A stretch of DNA of 62,765 bases, filler included, from Collodictyon triciliatum (lineage: Eukaryota), in assembly GCA_043381765.1 (NCBI GenBank). It is 5 parts of 5 records of this genome, joined end to end, with 100 filler letters (N's around TTAATTAATTAA, not from the genome) between each part and the next. Parts side by side here need not be neighbours in the genome. Positions count along the whole stretch, not along the records: positions 33,067 to 49,709 come from JBHJMP010001257.1; positions 49,810 to 53,272 come from JBHJMP010001258.1; positions 53,373 to 62,765 come from JBHJMP010001265.1; 2 more parts are not named here. One strand, given 5' to 3'. The translations under genes were made by a program, and so were the position numbers. Position 1 is the first letter of the stretch. The number at the start of each line of letters is the position of its first letter. Below, in pieces: positions 48,735 through 62,765 of the stretch. Under the pieces are notes generated by a model that saw only the letters and a list, made by a program, of their open reading frames with translations, made no database searches and was not told where the DNA came from.

Positions 48735-49709
48735 CCAACCTGTCAACCGCAGATAATGGACACGCAAGTTAGGCTCTGTGGACAAACACTTTGGGAGGAT
48801 GACAAGAGACAATCACCAGCTGGACAGACAAGTGAAAGGAAAAGGCAGAAAGTGGGCCACAAAAAAATCCGCAGGATGTGGGCCGCGTTGCTTCTTCCAT
48901 GTTTTTATCAACACCAAAGTATCTTTGTCTGTGCCGTGGTTCAAAAAACCTGTGCACTCTTTGTGATCGATCGCATCGATGGCATACAAACCAAGCACGT
49001 GCGTTATCGCAGGCTTTGCAGGAAAAGAGAAGGCAGAACACAAGCCAGCTCTGTGGTTTGGCATGTGGCTATAAATTCCGCAAATAGAAACAAATTAGAG
49101 CCCAGGATTTATGCCAATAGTGTAAATACTTCCAGGAACGTAAGTCGAAATATTCCACATATACATAAAGAATCCGTTTTGTCCTTATTCGGAAAGGACA
49201 AAGCTTTTTATTACCTTCACCGTCCCACGCGGTAGAAATATGCCTGAAGAGGAAAAAGATGTGCACGCAAGGTCATCCCAGCGAAGAAAATGGCGAGTGA
49301 GACAGCAAAGCGCTGTACTCGATCATCAAATAGTTTTCCTTGTTATTCGAGGTTGAGCTTGGGAAAGAGAGTCAACCGCAATTTTATCCCTGGCTGCCAG
49401 CACAGAAAGCAAGGGTGCTTGTGAGCGAATAACCGGCAGCCGATCAAGCGCGTCACCTCTTCGCTCTTTTTTACGCAGCTGGCTAGACACAGCTATGCAC
49501 CCACCCACAACACTTGATAAAATAAATAGGAACAAACGGGAAAAAGAAAAAAAGGAAGGAAAATATGCCACTTATTTCAAACGCAACCGCGAATGCCTAC
49601 CCCCAGCCCCCTCCCCCCCTTTTTTTTTTTTTTTCACAGCCTCTCCTAAAAAAAGGACAATATGATAAATTAAACAAAAAAAAAAAAAAATTTTTCTTTA
49701 TTTTAAAAA

Positions 49710-49809
49710 NNNNNNNNNNNNNNNNNNNNNNNNNNNNNNNNNNNNNNNNNNNNTTAATTAATTAANNNNNNNNNNNNNNNNNNNNNNNNNNNNNNNNNNN
49801 NNNNNNNNN
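49710..49809. other. Artificial contig linker
   Basis: N44-TTAATTAATTAA-N44. Confidence 0.95.
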
Positions 49810-49946
49810 AACAAACACCAGCACCCACCACCACATTTTTTTTTTTTTTTTTATACATAGCCTCTCCTCAAAAAAGCGAGGATATGATTCACCAAGCAAC
49901 AAAATGACATAATCTTCCTCTATTGTAGATAAAAAGGGCAGCTCCA

Positions 49947-52900
49947 ATGTCTTTGAAGGCAACTTCTGCAAACAAGGATGGATTTTCTTATGATAAATAC
50001 AATCGCGACCGTGAAGATAGAATGTCTCTTTCATCTACTATGTCAAGTAACATGCTGGATGTTGCGGACCTATCAAGTGTCTGGAATCGTAAGGAGAATA
50101 TCGAACAAGTAGACGAAAGGATTCATAAGCAAGTTGCTCTAAAGTACCAAATGGACAAATGGCTCCGATTCCAGGTTTTTTTTGTGAAATAAGGAACGTG
50201 TCTATTGTCTAATTTATCTAGCAACTCCGTCGACCCCTCCTCTTTTCTTTCCCCTATTTTTAAATAGTTTGATGAATCAAAATTACCTTCTAAATGTAAT
50301 ATGTGAATCACAGGACTCTGATGCAGAGCAGGATTTCGTGGAAAAATACTTTTATGGCTCCGTCATCATTGTTCGTGTTATTTGTCTGGTTGTATCAACG
50401 ATCCATTTGGGATTCTTCGTCATGGAGATTGCACAATTCACACAATGGTCTCTTGAAGCTGTCCGCTTCAGTATGGCCGGATTAACCGCTGTTAGCTTCG
50501 TTATTACCTTCCACAGGTTAGTTTTATTCCGCTTAAGTCATCTAATTTATGCTTCAAAATTAATGAATTTGTGATTGTAGGAGGTTTCGGGATATCCACT
50601 TGTACCTTCTAGTGACAGTTCTCTGGGTTGAACTCTTTGGGCTCGTACTTGTCAGATATTATTACGTTATCACATTGCCTGACAATGGTCTTATCTGGGT
50701 TCCAGACGCTCGTGGTGTATTCATCGAATTTATTTTCGGAATATATGCCACCTACACAACCCTGAGATTTCCTCTTCGCGTAAGACAATCCTAATCGAAA
50801 TTAAAAAGTTAAATTAAATTTTGTATGAGTAATTTCTTCTAAAAATATTTTCAATTATGGTTCTCTAAAGCCTTTTTTTTTTTTTTTTAATAATCCCACT
50901 ATCCATCACATCGCTTTAGATGGCAATTTTCAACGGCTGTGCTCTCCAAGTGATATACAACGTGGGGATGGCACTAACATATGATATGACACCTGGAGAT
51001 TACATCGAGAACAACATTTACTACCTTGGGATATCTGCTCTGCTTCTTCCAGTATGCTATGCCTCAGAAAAGCGCCAGAGAGTTCAAGATGTGAGATATA
51101 TGCATATGAAGACACATTCAGTAAATTGTCATAAAAATGTCATAAATGGATAAGGTGCTGAACATATCTTAATCAAATCCAATTTAATAATCGTCCAAAA
51201 TACAGGGACAACGCGCTGAAATTCTAATGCACACTGAAGAAGTAGCCAAGGAAAAGATGATAACTGTAAATCTGGCACACATAATTGAAAGGCCCATATG
51301 AAATAATGAAATAAAAAAAGCCGTAAGATTTCTACAATTAATAACTAAATATTATATTTCGCTCAGGAAAAATTACTGCTGAATATTTTACCCCGAAAGA
51401 TTGCTCGAAGGCTCATCGACGGAGAATCAGTAATTTATTTTATTGTTTTTGTAAAAATAAATAAAAATAAAGCAATAAAATCCCTATTCTAAACAAATCG
51501 TATCTTAAAAATTGAACAATTAAAGACGATATCGGACGGATACACACACGTTACGGTCTTGTTTGCCGATCTAGTTGACTGGACTCAAATATCCAACTCT
51601 ATGAGTCCAAGCGACGCAATATCTTTATTGAACGAAATTGTATCCACTTTTGACAGAATTGCATCATCATTCAAAATAGAAAAGATAAAAACCATCGGCG
51701 ACGGTATGCAAATACGTATTATGAATCATTGGAATAGTTGTCTTGAGCTTCCTCCCAAGGAAATTTATGTTCGCTTTAATCAAATTATTTTCAAAAATGA
51801 ATAGGATACTTAGCTGCGTCTGGGCTTCCTGATGAGATGGCCGCAGAAAAGAGTAGCGAGATAATGGCAGATTTTGCTATGGAAATGCTTCGCGCGGTAA
51901 TTTTAATGTTTAGTAGTGTTGCAGATGATTAAATAAAATGTGTCTCATCATGATGTATGCGATGGTTCCACATCATTTAAGCTTTAGATAATAATTTCAT
52001 AAAAATAGGTTGATGCCATCTCGACTATGAAGCGAAGAAAACTACAGGTAGCAATAGGCATTCACACCGGACCAATTGTGGCAGGAGTCATAGGTAATGT
52101 CTGGGGTGTTTCTTCCTTATTTTATCCTCAAAAAAGTGAGAGGTTTTCTCATTCGTTTATTTCAATCAATAGGAAAATCAAAGTTTCTGTATGACCTTTG
52201 GGGTGACTCTGTAAACCTAGGTTTTAATTGAAAGCTTTCCAGTATATTAATAAAAGCGTCATTTTTTTGTATGCAGCCTTCAGAATGGCTTTGTAATAAC
52301 AGACCGGCATGAATTTACAAATATTGGATTATTCAAATTTAATCGGATATTTTAATGATTTTGCTAATCCAGACATATGATAGCAAGTAGGATGCAATCC
52401 CATGGTGCCCCCGGTCAGATTCACGTAACAGAACAAGTATACAATCTGCTTTGCAATTCGTTTGATTTTGAAAAAAGACCAGTAATTTACGTGAAGGGAA
52501 AGGGGGACATGCAGACGTATTTTCTCGAGAAACGGTAAAATTGAGAAAACTGTTATTTGTGCATATACGAAATGAATTAATAAATTACTATGCTCATTTT
52601 CTTCTGAAATTTAATTTTGATATTGTAAATTGCATATTTACACTATCAAAATAGGAAAAACAGTAACGGAGAATACAACACCACTACAAAGTTTGAAATG
52701 ATGCAGTCCCAGGATGAGGACCAAGGGCTTGGAAAGCATTCGGCAAGTGATGAAGTAACTTATGAAGTATCTTCACTTCACGATGAAAAAATACAAAATG
52801 ATTCTAAATTAACAAGAAAGAGTAAAAAAACAAGAGAAGCTGTCACGAAGAAGGCTTTGGAACTAGAGAAGACCATATCCACCATAATATCCATGAAGTA

Positions 52901-53272
52901 TGGTCTTCTAAAGTTTCTGGATGCAGACCTTGAGTTACAGTTCAATAGAATGATTTTGGAGCAGCTACACGAAAATTTCTCCCGGATTGTATGCCTCTTG
53001 GTTTTTTTGGAACTCTTGGTTGGAATACATCTAGTTCAATTCGAGATAAAGCTCATGGAATCTTATTACATCGGTGTTAGCGCATGCATTTTAATTCAGG
53101 TATGGAATCTAGACACCAAACTTTTTTCATTCGATATTTATCAATTTACACTCACTAGATGGCAACAATTTTGCTTAATAAATGGAGGCCAGAACTGGCC
53201 AATCATCTGATGACAGCAAACATCGGCGTCATACATATGTGCTACATCGTGCTCTTTGGCTATTACAGGTTT
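49947..53272 (+). CDS. Membrane-bound class III adenylyl cyclase, 3' partial (TM cluster - catalytic domain - second TM cluster, cut by contig linker)
   Basis: EKLLLNILP, VTVLFADLVDWT, EKIKTIGDGY, IGIHTGPIVAGVIG, KFLYDLWGDSVNLASRMQS and VKGKGDMQTYFL. The Lys/Asp specificity residues indicate ATP as substrate. Confidence 0.9.
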
Positions 53273-53372
53273 NNNNNNNNNNNNNNNNNNNNNNNNNNNN
53301 NNNNNNNNNNNNNNNNTTAATTAATTAANNNNNNNNNNNNNNNNNNNNNNNNNNNNNNNNNNNNNNNNNNNN
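53273..53372. other. Artificial contig linker truncating the adenylyl cyclase
   Basis: N44-TTAATTAATTAA-N44. Confidence 0.95.
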
Positions 53373-53457
53373 AAACATTTCGTTGGGAGAGAAGAGAACG
53401 AAACAAAACAAAAAAAAAAAAAAATGACCAACTAAAAAAAAAAAAAAAAAGGAACAG

Positions 53458-53500
<43 letters not shown>

Positions 53501-53581
53501 AGAAAGAATTTTTGAACGCTTGGGTATTTTATATTTCTGAAATAGGTTAAATGGGTAAATTTATCATTTTTATACATTCAG

Positions 53582-56500
53582 ATGGTTGAAAATGGAAAGT
53601 CAGCCTCCTTAATACATAAATATCGCGATGAAATCGATCGCCTCTCTCGGCAATTGCAAGAATCAACTGAACTCCAGGAGCAAAGCGTTCAAGTGATGCG
53701 CTATTATTGCAATACGATTCTAATTATTTTGTTTTATTTTTGATAAAAAAGTCTATGTCATCTTCAATCTCGAATTGTTTTTCTTTAGAAAAACTGTTTA
53801 TCATCAACGCATGGTAGGATTTTAAAATACATTTATTCATATCAATAAATTCTCTACGAATAGATGAAAAGTCAGTACGAGAAAGCGATTGAAGAGTTGT
53901 ATTCAAAGGAGCAAGAGAAGAGGCTTCTTCAAAATTCACTGTCTCAAATGCAAGAAAAAGTGAAAGTTTATTCAAATGAATAGAAAGAATGAAATCCAAT
54001 TCGCACATAATGGCTCATATAATCAAATAATTTTACATGTTGCACATTAGTCGAATCATTCTGGATGGACAAGATATATTTTCTTGATTGAGGTAACAAC
54101 TAATTGGTATAATTTCACATTAGATGGAGGAACTTGGGATATCGTTAAAAGACCGTGAGCAGGCAGATTTCAATTTTATCTTGAAAAAGTGGCTAGAATT
54201 ATTTGAATAGCAAACTTTTAATATCTACCCGTCTCTTCTTAAACTCGACGTGGTGCTATTCATATACCAATTCTTTAAGTCATTTCCTTTCTTTCAATTT
54301 CAATAGATTTCTTTGACCCTGACTGATGAGTGTAGCCGACAGCAAATAGAATACCAATACGTGCGCCTCATTTCTTCATACACTCATACAATACTCGTGT
54401 TTCTCTTTATACAAACATTATTTTTTAACGTTGTCATTCTGGTTTGATGGTGTACACTCATATCGCTGAAGGGAGGTTAAAACACAAACGGTTTTTTTAA
54501 AATAGAGGATAGAGAGCTTGATTTCACAACATGAAAGAGAAAAACAGGTTGGTTAAGTCCGAATGAAAAAATCATCAATATATTATCTATTTAAAAGTCC
54601 ATGTCATTTTGCTCGCACAGGAGATTATTGAGCGAGCAGCTGAAAGGATTTTAGAGTTCGAAAATAAAAGTGCGCAACAGACAAAAACAATAGATGAAGA
54701 GGTTCGTAAAGATAAAAACAAACATACACATGTATATATCTGATGTACAGGTGAAATATTTGTATATAAACCCAAAATAAAGATTTAGTAAAAACAAGTG
54801 TGTTTAGACCAGCGATAATTTTTTAATTTTTTTTTATCGATTCCGACATTTTTCTGTGCTCTCAAATATCCTATAGCATAATCGATTGCGCTCCTTATCA
54901 AAGCCCTTGATTATGAGTAGATCAACATTTTCACGTGTTGGGATAGAAATATCCGACCAGGTCTTATTGAATCCCTTTTTTTTTTTTTATTTGTATCAGA
55001 AACCATTCCGTTTTATAAAAATCTTTCGGTAAAGTTCGCTTTTTAATTCCATACCATGTTGATTTTGCGCTAATATTTTCTTCTTTTTCACCAAATGCTG
55101 ACAAAGGTGTCCGAATGCAAGAAAGACTTGGTTGTCTTCAAACATTTCACCTTTGAGGCAATAGAATGGTCCAATGCAATAACAGAATCCATGCAGTATA
55201 TATTGCAGGGTGCGTTCTCGTCTTTTGAAGATATTTCTCAGAAATTCGATATTATCGACAGAAAAATAAGTCACTTGGAGACAAAATTGGCGAAGTTGGT
55301 ATTAAGGCTCAATGAATTTGTAGACGAAACTACTAGACTCATAATGAATACATTAGAAGAAAATCTTTGCAAAAACGTACATTCGAGAATGGCAACCGTG
55401 AAAAGAGAATATCAACTATCGATGGTGATTACGCTTATAAAGAGCATCGGTTCATCCTTTCATGAGAAAGATGAGAGCCTTTCTAGACTCTCATCCGAAA
55501 TTACCTTTTTGAAAGAGACACTTTGTGCAAAAGAATCTGAGGTCCAGATATCGAAACAGTTACATAAACAAGATGTTGATGAGCTTAATCGAAAGGTAGT
55601 AAGGTTGATGGATGAGAGGAAAGAAACAGAAAATGTCATACTCGGCTTGAAAAGAGAATTGGAGCGAACTAGCTTTGCTTTTTCACAACAAATCGAGCTT
55701 TTGAAATTACAAAATGAAAAAGCAGCAGCACTCTCGAGTCAAATCATCTCACTTCAGGAAGAGAACGAAAAAGTAATCAAAGAAAAAGACAACATAATTC
55801 GCGAGTTGAAGGAGGAAGTAGATGGACATAAAAAGGAAAACGAGGTTTGTGATGCGCGGCTGGGGAGGAGCTTAGTTGAATTTAAAGAAGGAATTGCATC
55901 TCTCGAAGTTGCTTTGGAAGAAGAAAAACGCCGTCATTTAGAACTTCATCTTCAAAACCAGAAGCTTCGAATCGAGCTCCGAGCTGCAGAACAATCATCG
56001 TCGTTAGAGAAAACCGTATTGATTCAATCCATAGTTGACATTGAAAAACGCCACGCCACAGAGTTGAAGAAAGCCAGGAAGGACTACGAAAGGGAAAGCA
56101 TTCGTTTATTGGAAGGAGAAGAAATGAAGTTGCACGAACTACAGAAAATATTGGATGTCAAAATTCAAGAGGTTCCTTCTCTCTTTTTTTCTTTTGTTTT
56201 TTGTTTTTCCAGTAAATCATATTTGCATTTTATCATATTAATTATATATATTTCCTGACACTTTCGATTAAGTCAAGGGTCTCAAATATGTTAAAGAAAA
56301 ATTAAGTGTGTGTCTTTTATATGTGATAGAATAAGATTTTGAACGAAAGAATCGATCTTGAAAGAAAAAACCACAAGAAATCTGTCTTGGACATGGAAGA
56401 GGTAAGTGTGCTCAAAGCCTCAATAAAGGCGATATAAATACCTTCTTTTGTACTGACACACGCGCCGTTATTACTATCTTGTCATTGTGTGGGTATTATC

Positions 56501-57813
56501 TGAGTCGCAATTATTGATTTGGGGGGTTTTTTTTAGGTGGGTGGAAGACTAGAAATTGCATTACAGAATTATAAAACACAAATGCAAAGGGTTTGTAGAT
56601 TTATTGATGGCTTTTTTTTTTGACATACTTTGAGCCTCATTTTAGTTGAGGATTTTTATCCATCGGAAAAAATAAAAATATATAGCGTTTTGTATCATTT
56701 TATTCCACTTTATATATATATATATTTGGTTATTCACACCATGAAATGAAAACACGATTCGAACGCATACAGAAAGATGAAGAGATTGGTCGTCTCAGCA
56801 GCGACCTGGAGAAAACGAGGAATCAAGAAAAGCAGGTTTGAAAAGAAACCCAGTGATTTATCTTCGAGAAATATATTGTATAGATTTACTTTTTTTTTTT
56901 TATTATTGTTTTTATTTTTGTGCGTGCTTCATTCTGAATAACTCCACTAACGTTGGTCAACCACCTGGTGGGCTATAAAGCGCTCTGCCAATCATTTAAA
57001 AGACATATTTTACGCAGTCGTGAGTTTTTTTTTTCTGACAATCTCAACATTCCTCACCTTTTATGTGCGTTTATTTTCAGATTACTTTATTCATCAACAC
57101 CAATCATCTCAAAATACAAGAAAGGAACCTTTCATATCGTCCGGATACATCTACGCAACCTCCCAAAACTACACACCCGACTCACTCGATTATCCTCCTG
57201 CATTATCTCCCGCTTGCTTTACCTTGCCATCTTCATCCAGGGGAAAAGCACTGAAACGAAAGAAACGGAGCTCCCGTTCACCACGCAGCCATTCATGCAA
57301 ACAGTATGTAAATCCGTACACGTTGAACAAGATATCACAAAAAGAAGAAAAAAAAAAGCGTCACATCTTCCCCGACCATTAAAATGATTCAAGTTCCTCT
57401 CTGTTGCGTTGAAATCCTCCAAACTGACGAGACCTTTTCCCTGCCTCTTTTTCTCTCTCAAACGCAAAATCATCACGCAACACGTCGCCCGGCACTCGCC
57501 ATAAACAACTGGTTTGACTGCGCATGCATTCATTCTCATCCGACACTCCAACGAAGCACAGAACATGCCAGGCCTGCCGAGAAGGTAAGCAGAGCTTCCA
57601 TCCACTCCGTTCGTGCGGCATTGCCCACCAAACCATACCATCACAACAAAGAAGCCCTTGGCCAGCAGCGCACGACTCACGCCTGATTATTCCTGCCCAG
57701 CGCGTTCCCTCAGCAATCAAAGCTCGTCCTGGGTGTCTCCCACTCGCCGCCGAACCCGCTCATCGCCTCGAAGCCTGAGAAAATATCGCCAATGCATCTT
57801 CCGCCCCGCGTGA
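53582..57813 (+). CDS. Long coiled-coil protein of unknown function, probably 5' partial; 3' end uncertain
   Basis: A series of phase-0 exons and a ~1.06-kb exon (ORF 55095-56258) rich in E/K/L heptads, followed by an S/R/P-rich tail whose splicing I could not resolve. Confidence 0.65.
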
Positions 57814-58375
57814 AATCCGTCGCGGAGCAGGAAACCGTGTTAGTGGCAAGCAAACCAGCCTCGGGAGTTGTCGGGAGCGAAGCAAATGCAAAAGGCCTTT
57901 GGTCTCCCCTGCTTGGCTTTGGTGGGCTTTTTCAGAGCGCAGAGTATGGCGGGAAGTGAATTACGGCGGCGCAGGCTTTTCCGCTTTTTGCTGGTGCGAA
58001 TGACCCTTTCGTTATTGTTTCAAATATTATTCATATCAAGTTGTTAATTGGATGACTGCCTGGTGGTGAAAGAATCAGAATTCTACTCTGCTGTGTCCTA
58101 CCAGGAAGCCCGGCCTGTATCTTGCATCGGCTCTTCGCAGGGGTGGTTCGGTGTGATTATGGTTCACTTCTGTTGGGTCAATAAACAATAAGAGTCATCT
58201 GAAATTAAGATTTGAAGGATGGGGGTATTCGTGTAGGATATAAAATAGAATATATATTCAAGCGAGATTGAGGGTTAGTCAAGAAACGGCGGCGGTGGGC
58301 TTTAGTGTTTGCTCCATTTCCTTTCCCTTTTTCATTTTTTTTTTTTTTGTCTTTATTGAAATCTGCTTCACTTGC

Positions 58376-60331
58376 TCACTGGGGAAATAGGATGTAATGT
58401 GATGTTATTGAGAGTGAAAAGATTGGTGTGTGTGCGGCAAAGGCCATCAATGGGCTAGAATGAGTCTGGAAGTATGGCAATCTGTGGCAGTTGATGTGTT
58501 TGTTAGGGTTGGTACAAGGTTCATTTCTCAACAAATGCATAAACAAAAATGGGAAGGAAAAGGTATTTCGGTGGAAGGGGGCGATAAAATGTGAGGTTTT
58601 CTGGCCTCGCTTACATTCATCTTCTGCATTTTGATGCGAGTGAGATATTTGGAGTAGAAAATCGAGAAAAGAGTATGGGTATCGATCTGCATTGATATCA
58701 AATGATAAGTGAGGTTGCATGCCGTGTGGTAAAAAAAAATAAATAAATAAAAAAATAAAAAAACAATTTAATATTAATATTTTGAGACTGTCATGTTTGT
58801 CAATAGTAACATTATATTTTAATTACAGTGAAAAAATAATTACATATCCGTTCTTGCATGATATTTCTCTTGTCTTGGGAAAGTTAGTCCATAGCTCTCT
58901 GAAGTCATCCAGGTTGTACCTGGCAACCATGTTAATCTTCCTCGCCTCGCGTTCGTATCTCAAGAAAAGATTGGATTTTTGGTCGAGCTGTCGTGCAAAA
59001 TGACAGCATCATTTCGGTGAAGTTAAATAAAAAAAAAAAAAAAGGTTAGTCTAACGCTGTGGAACTTCATCAAGATCGTCATTGGATGATTAATAGATTC
59101 TTTCAAAAGCGAAAGAAAAAAACAAAGAAAATATCGTACACTATTTTCTGAAGCGTATATTTGGGACAGGGATTCCATCTTCAGGATATTAATGGGGATG
59201 GTAGTCAACTATTTTTGAAGGTAAGAGTAAGAACCAGTAACTTGCTTTTTCTCTTAAATGGCATACATATAAAAAGATAGATATTATATTAACACAAACG
59301 CTATTGAAGCTGACGTTCAAGTACGTTAGGTTGGTCAAGGCAGATAGCTGTTCCGGAATAGAACTCAGCTGCAAAAGAAAGAAAGCAAATATATAAGTAA
59401 GAATCATGCAGCGAGTAAAGTCAAAGCTACATGTATGTCTGTGACCTCATGAGTGGTTGAAACCTTGTTTCCTGTGAAATCCAGATGATTGAGGCTCATC
59501 AAGGCCGAGAAGGTAACCGGGATAGCGGACAACTGTAATTAACAAGATAATAAAAGCAAGGAGCAAATAAGTGCAGAACGAAAGCAACCGAAGGTAAGCC
59601 AATTAAGTAGAATACAGACACGATGGATAACAACAGTCATCAGAAATACGTAACAAATATAGATATACCCCATTTTCTAAAATCTCAAACTCTTTGAGGG
59701 CAGATAAAACGGTGATGTTCTCTGGAAGGGTTTCGATCTGCATATATATATTCGAAAAATGCTCAGAATCCAACAAGCACAAACTATTCATCACGTCCAG
59801 ATGTCAACAGAAAATGGGTTCAGATACAGATCATAATGATAATATGAAGAAGAAGAAGAAGAAGAAGAAGAAGAAGAAGAAGAAGAAGAAGAAGAAGAAG
59901 AAGAAGAAGAAGAAGAAGAAGAAGAAGAAGAAGAAGAAGAAGAAGAAGAAGAAGAAGAAAGAAGAAGAAAGAAGAAGAAAGAAGAAGGAAAAAGAAGAAG
60001 AAGAAAGAAGAAGAAAGAAGAAGAAAGAAGAAGGAAAAAGAAGGAAAAAGAAGGAAAAAGAAGGAAAAAGAAGGAAAAAGAAAGAAAAAGAAAGAACCCG
60101 GTTGCAGCTGATGCTTAGGCTGGTGAGATTGGTGAGCAAGAGCGTGTAGAAGGGAAGAGTCGTCAGGCGGTTGGGGACGGTCAGGTGCAGACTGTCGAGC
60201 TGCTCGAAGGCGATCTGCCGGTGTTTGTCCTCATAGGTCGGCACAGTTTCGGGGAAATCCGGTGTGTACTTTGGAATCTGCGCAGGATCCTCAGGACGGG
60301 GCGCTCTGGTGTGTGCAGACTCGTCGCTCAT
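58376..60331 (-). CDS. Leucine-rich repeat protein (five 23-aa LRRs); 3' end uncertain
   Basis: LTTLPFYTLLLTNLTSLSISCNR | IETLPENITVLSALKEFEILENG | LSAIPVTFSALMSLNHLDFTGNK | LSSIPEQLSALTNLTYLNVSFNS | LTTIPINILKMESLSQIYASENS | LDQKSNLFL... Confidence 0.85.
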
Positions 60332-61775
60332 GTCGGGTGGAAAGTGGCCTTTTTGCTCACACTTTGGGGGAAAAGAAAAAGAAAAAGAAAAAGAAAAAGA
60401 AAAAGAAAAAGAAAAAGAAAAAGAAAAAGAAAGAGAAAAAGAAAAAGAAAGAGAAAAAGAAAAAAGAAAAAAGAAAAAAATAAAAGAAAAAGAAAAGAGA
60501 AAAAGAAAACAGAACAGAAAAAGAACAGAAAAAGAAAAGAAAAAAAGAAAAGCAATAAAGCGCAGTTTAGTTATTTTTCGTGAAATATGTCGCTCTACAC
60601 TGATACTTGGTTGCTACTTGCTAAAGTTTGTTTTGTTGTTGCTATTGTTGATGGTTGAAGCAGGTAACAAATAGTCAATTTGTGTAGACGCAGCCTCTGC
60701 ATTCAGAGATTGCCGAGAATCGAAATGAAGAGAAAAGAAAAGAAAAGAAATGAAAAGAAAACAAAATAAAATAAAAGAAAACAAAATAAAAGAAAAGAAA
60801 AGAAAAGAAATGAAAAGAAAAGAAATGAAAAGAAAACAAAATAAAAGAAAAGAAAAGAAAAGAAAAGAAAAGAAAACAAAACAAAAGAAAACAAAATAAA
60901 AGAAATGAAAACAAAACAAAACAAAACAAAACAAAAGAAAACAAAACAAAACAAAAGAAAACAAAAGAAAACAAAAGAAAACAAAAGAAAACAAAAGAAA
61001 AGAGAGAACACGGGGGAAAGTGTGCGAACGAGCAGGCCGATCAGCAGAGCGAGTGGCATTTCACTGCAACAAGCACGAGTCTGGCGACATTGTGTCTCGC
61101 AAGTGAGCTACACAGCAAAAGCCTGAATGCCATTGGTTTGGTCGCTCCATCTCGGATTATCGGCGGATCAAAATCGGCTGCGTGGATTTGTGATAGGAAG
61201 CGTTGATCGAGCGTGGCGTTTTTCGGGGATTCAGCACTTGTGGTTGTTTTGTGATTTAAGGGATGTCAAGATTAGCGAATAATGGAGAATTGACATCGGA
61301 TGTATAAATATGATGATGACAGGAATTCCAATTATAGTCTGTTAACATAATAAAATTCGCATATGGGTGTTGAGCTATTCTCGCCTTGTGGCTTAATATG
61401 TCGAGACAGGAATGGATAACATATGCAAATATTTCTTTGAAAATCTTCTTTTGTCTTGTTCGACATGTTTAGTGCATTTGTGGATGTAGTTTCAATTTGG
61501 TTAAAGATGATCCAATTATGGACTATATTATCAAATGTGGAAATTATGCGCCTCTGAGGCAAGACAAGCGGGTCGCAATCCGATTCTTCTGCGCCATCCA
61601 ACACAAAAATACTCCAGTTTAAAGAAAAACAAAAAACAAAAAACAAAAGAGAGGCAACAGAACGAGAGAAACAAAGAGTGAGAAGAGAGACGAGTGATTC
61701 TGCCATATTTTTTATTACGTTTATTACCCTCCATAATATCAAGAGCCCGAATGTAGGAGGGTCACGCAAGACGGA

Positions 61776-62685
<910 letters not shown>

Positions 62686-62733
62686 GTTTCGACATTAATC
62701 TCGATAATTTGATTGCTCCTTTTTTTAAAATAA

Positions 62734-62765
<32 letters not shown>

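Noticed and set aside
53273-57813. Adenylyl cyclase-coiled-coil fusion
   Set aside because: The two parts are separated by an artificial linker, and no second cyclase domain or TM continuation follows it.
61263-61622. Possible small gene upstream of the syntaxin (CICGCSFNLVKDDPIMDYIIKCGNY...)
   Set aside because: No consistent start/splice model and no recognisable family; it may be UTR.

Overview
This is gene-dense nuclear DNA from a flagellated, intron-rich microbial eukaryote (standard code, GT-AG introns plus a few probable GC-AG); the taxon cannot be identified from the window alone. Manual splicing supports about 14 protein genes: an NHL-repeat protein, CFAP206, CBR4/FabG, a uridine phosphorylase-family enzyme, Bax inhibitor-1, a very large TMEM131-like protein, a tetraspan membrane protein, a GT8 glycosyltransferase, a DUF4062-NTPase-TPR protein, a glycerol-3-phosphate acyltransferase, an adenylyl cyclase, a coiled-coil protein, an LRR protein and a syntaxin. 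Four artificial 100-bp N/TTAATTAATTAA linkers join contigs, so adjacency across them is not guaranteed. Three things stand out. (1) A dispersed family of ultra-short (19-38 bp) poly(A)-tailed insertions, core TTGAATCGAATAAAGG(A)n; five have 12-21 bp target-site duplications, and one duplicates a splice donor. (2) A decayed Fanzor1 (eukaryotic TnpB-like RNA-guided nuclease) followed by a still well-paired candidate omegaRNA. (3) An unexplained, highly structured ~450-nt element with tandem GAAA tetraloops upstream of Bax inhibitor-1. All family assignments come from motif recognition, not database searches.
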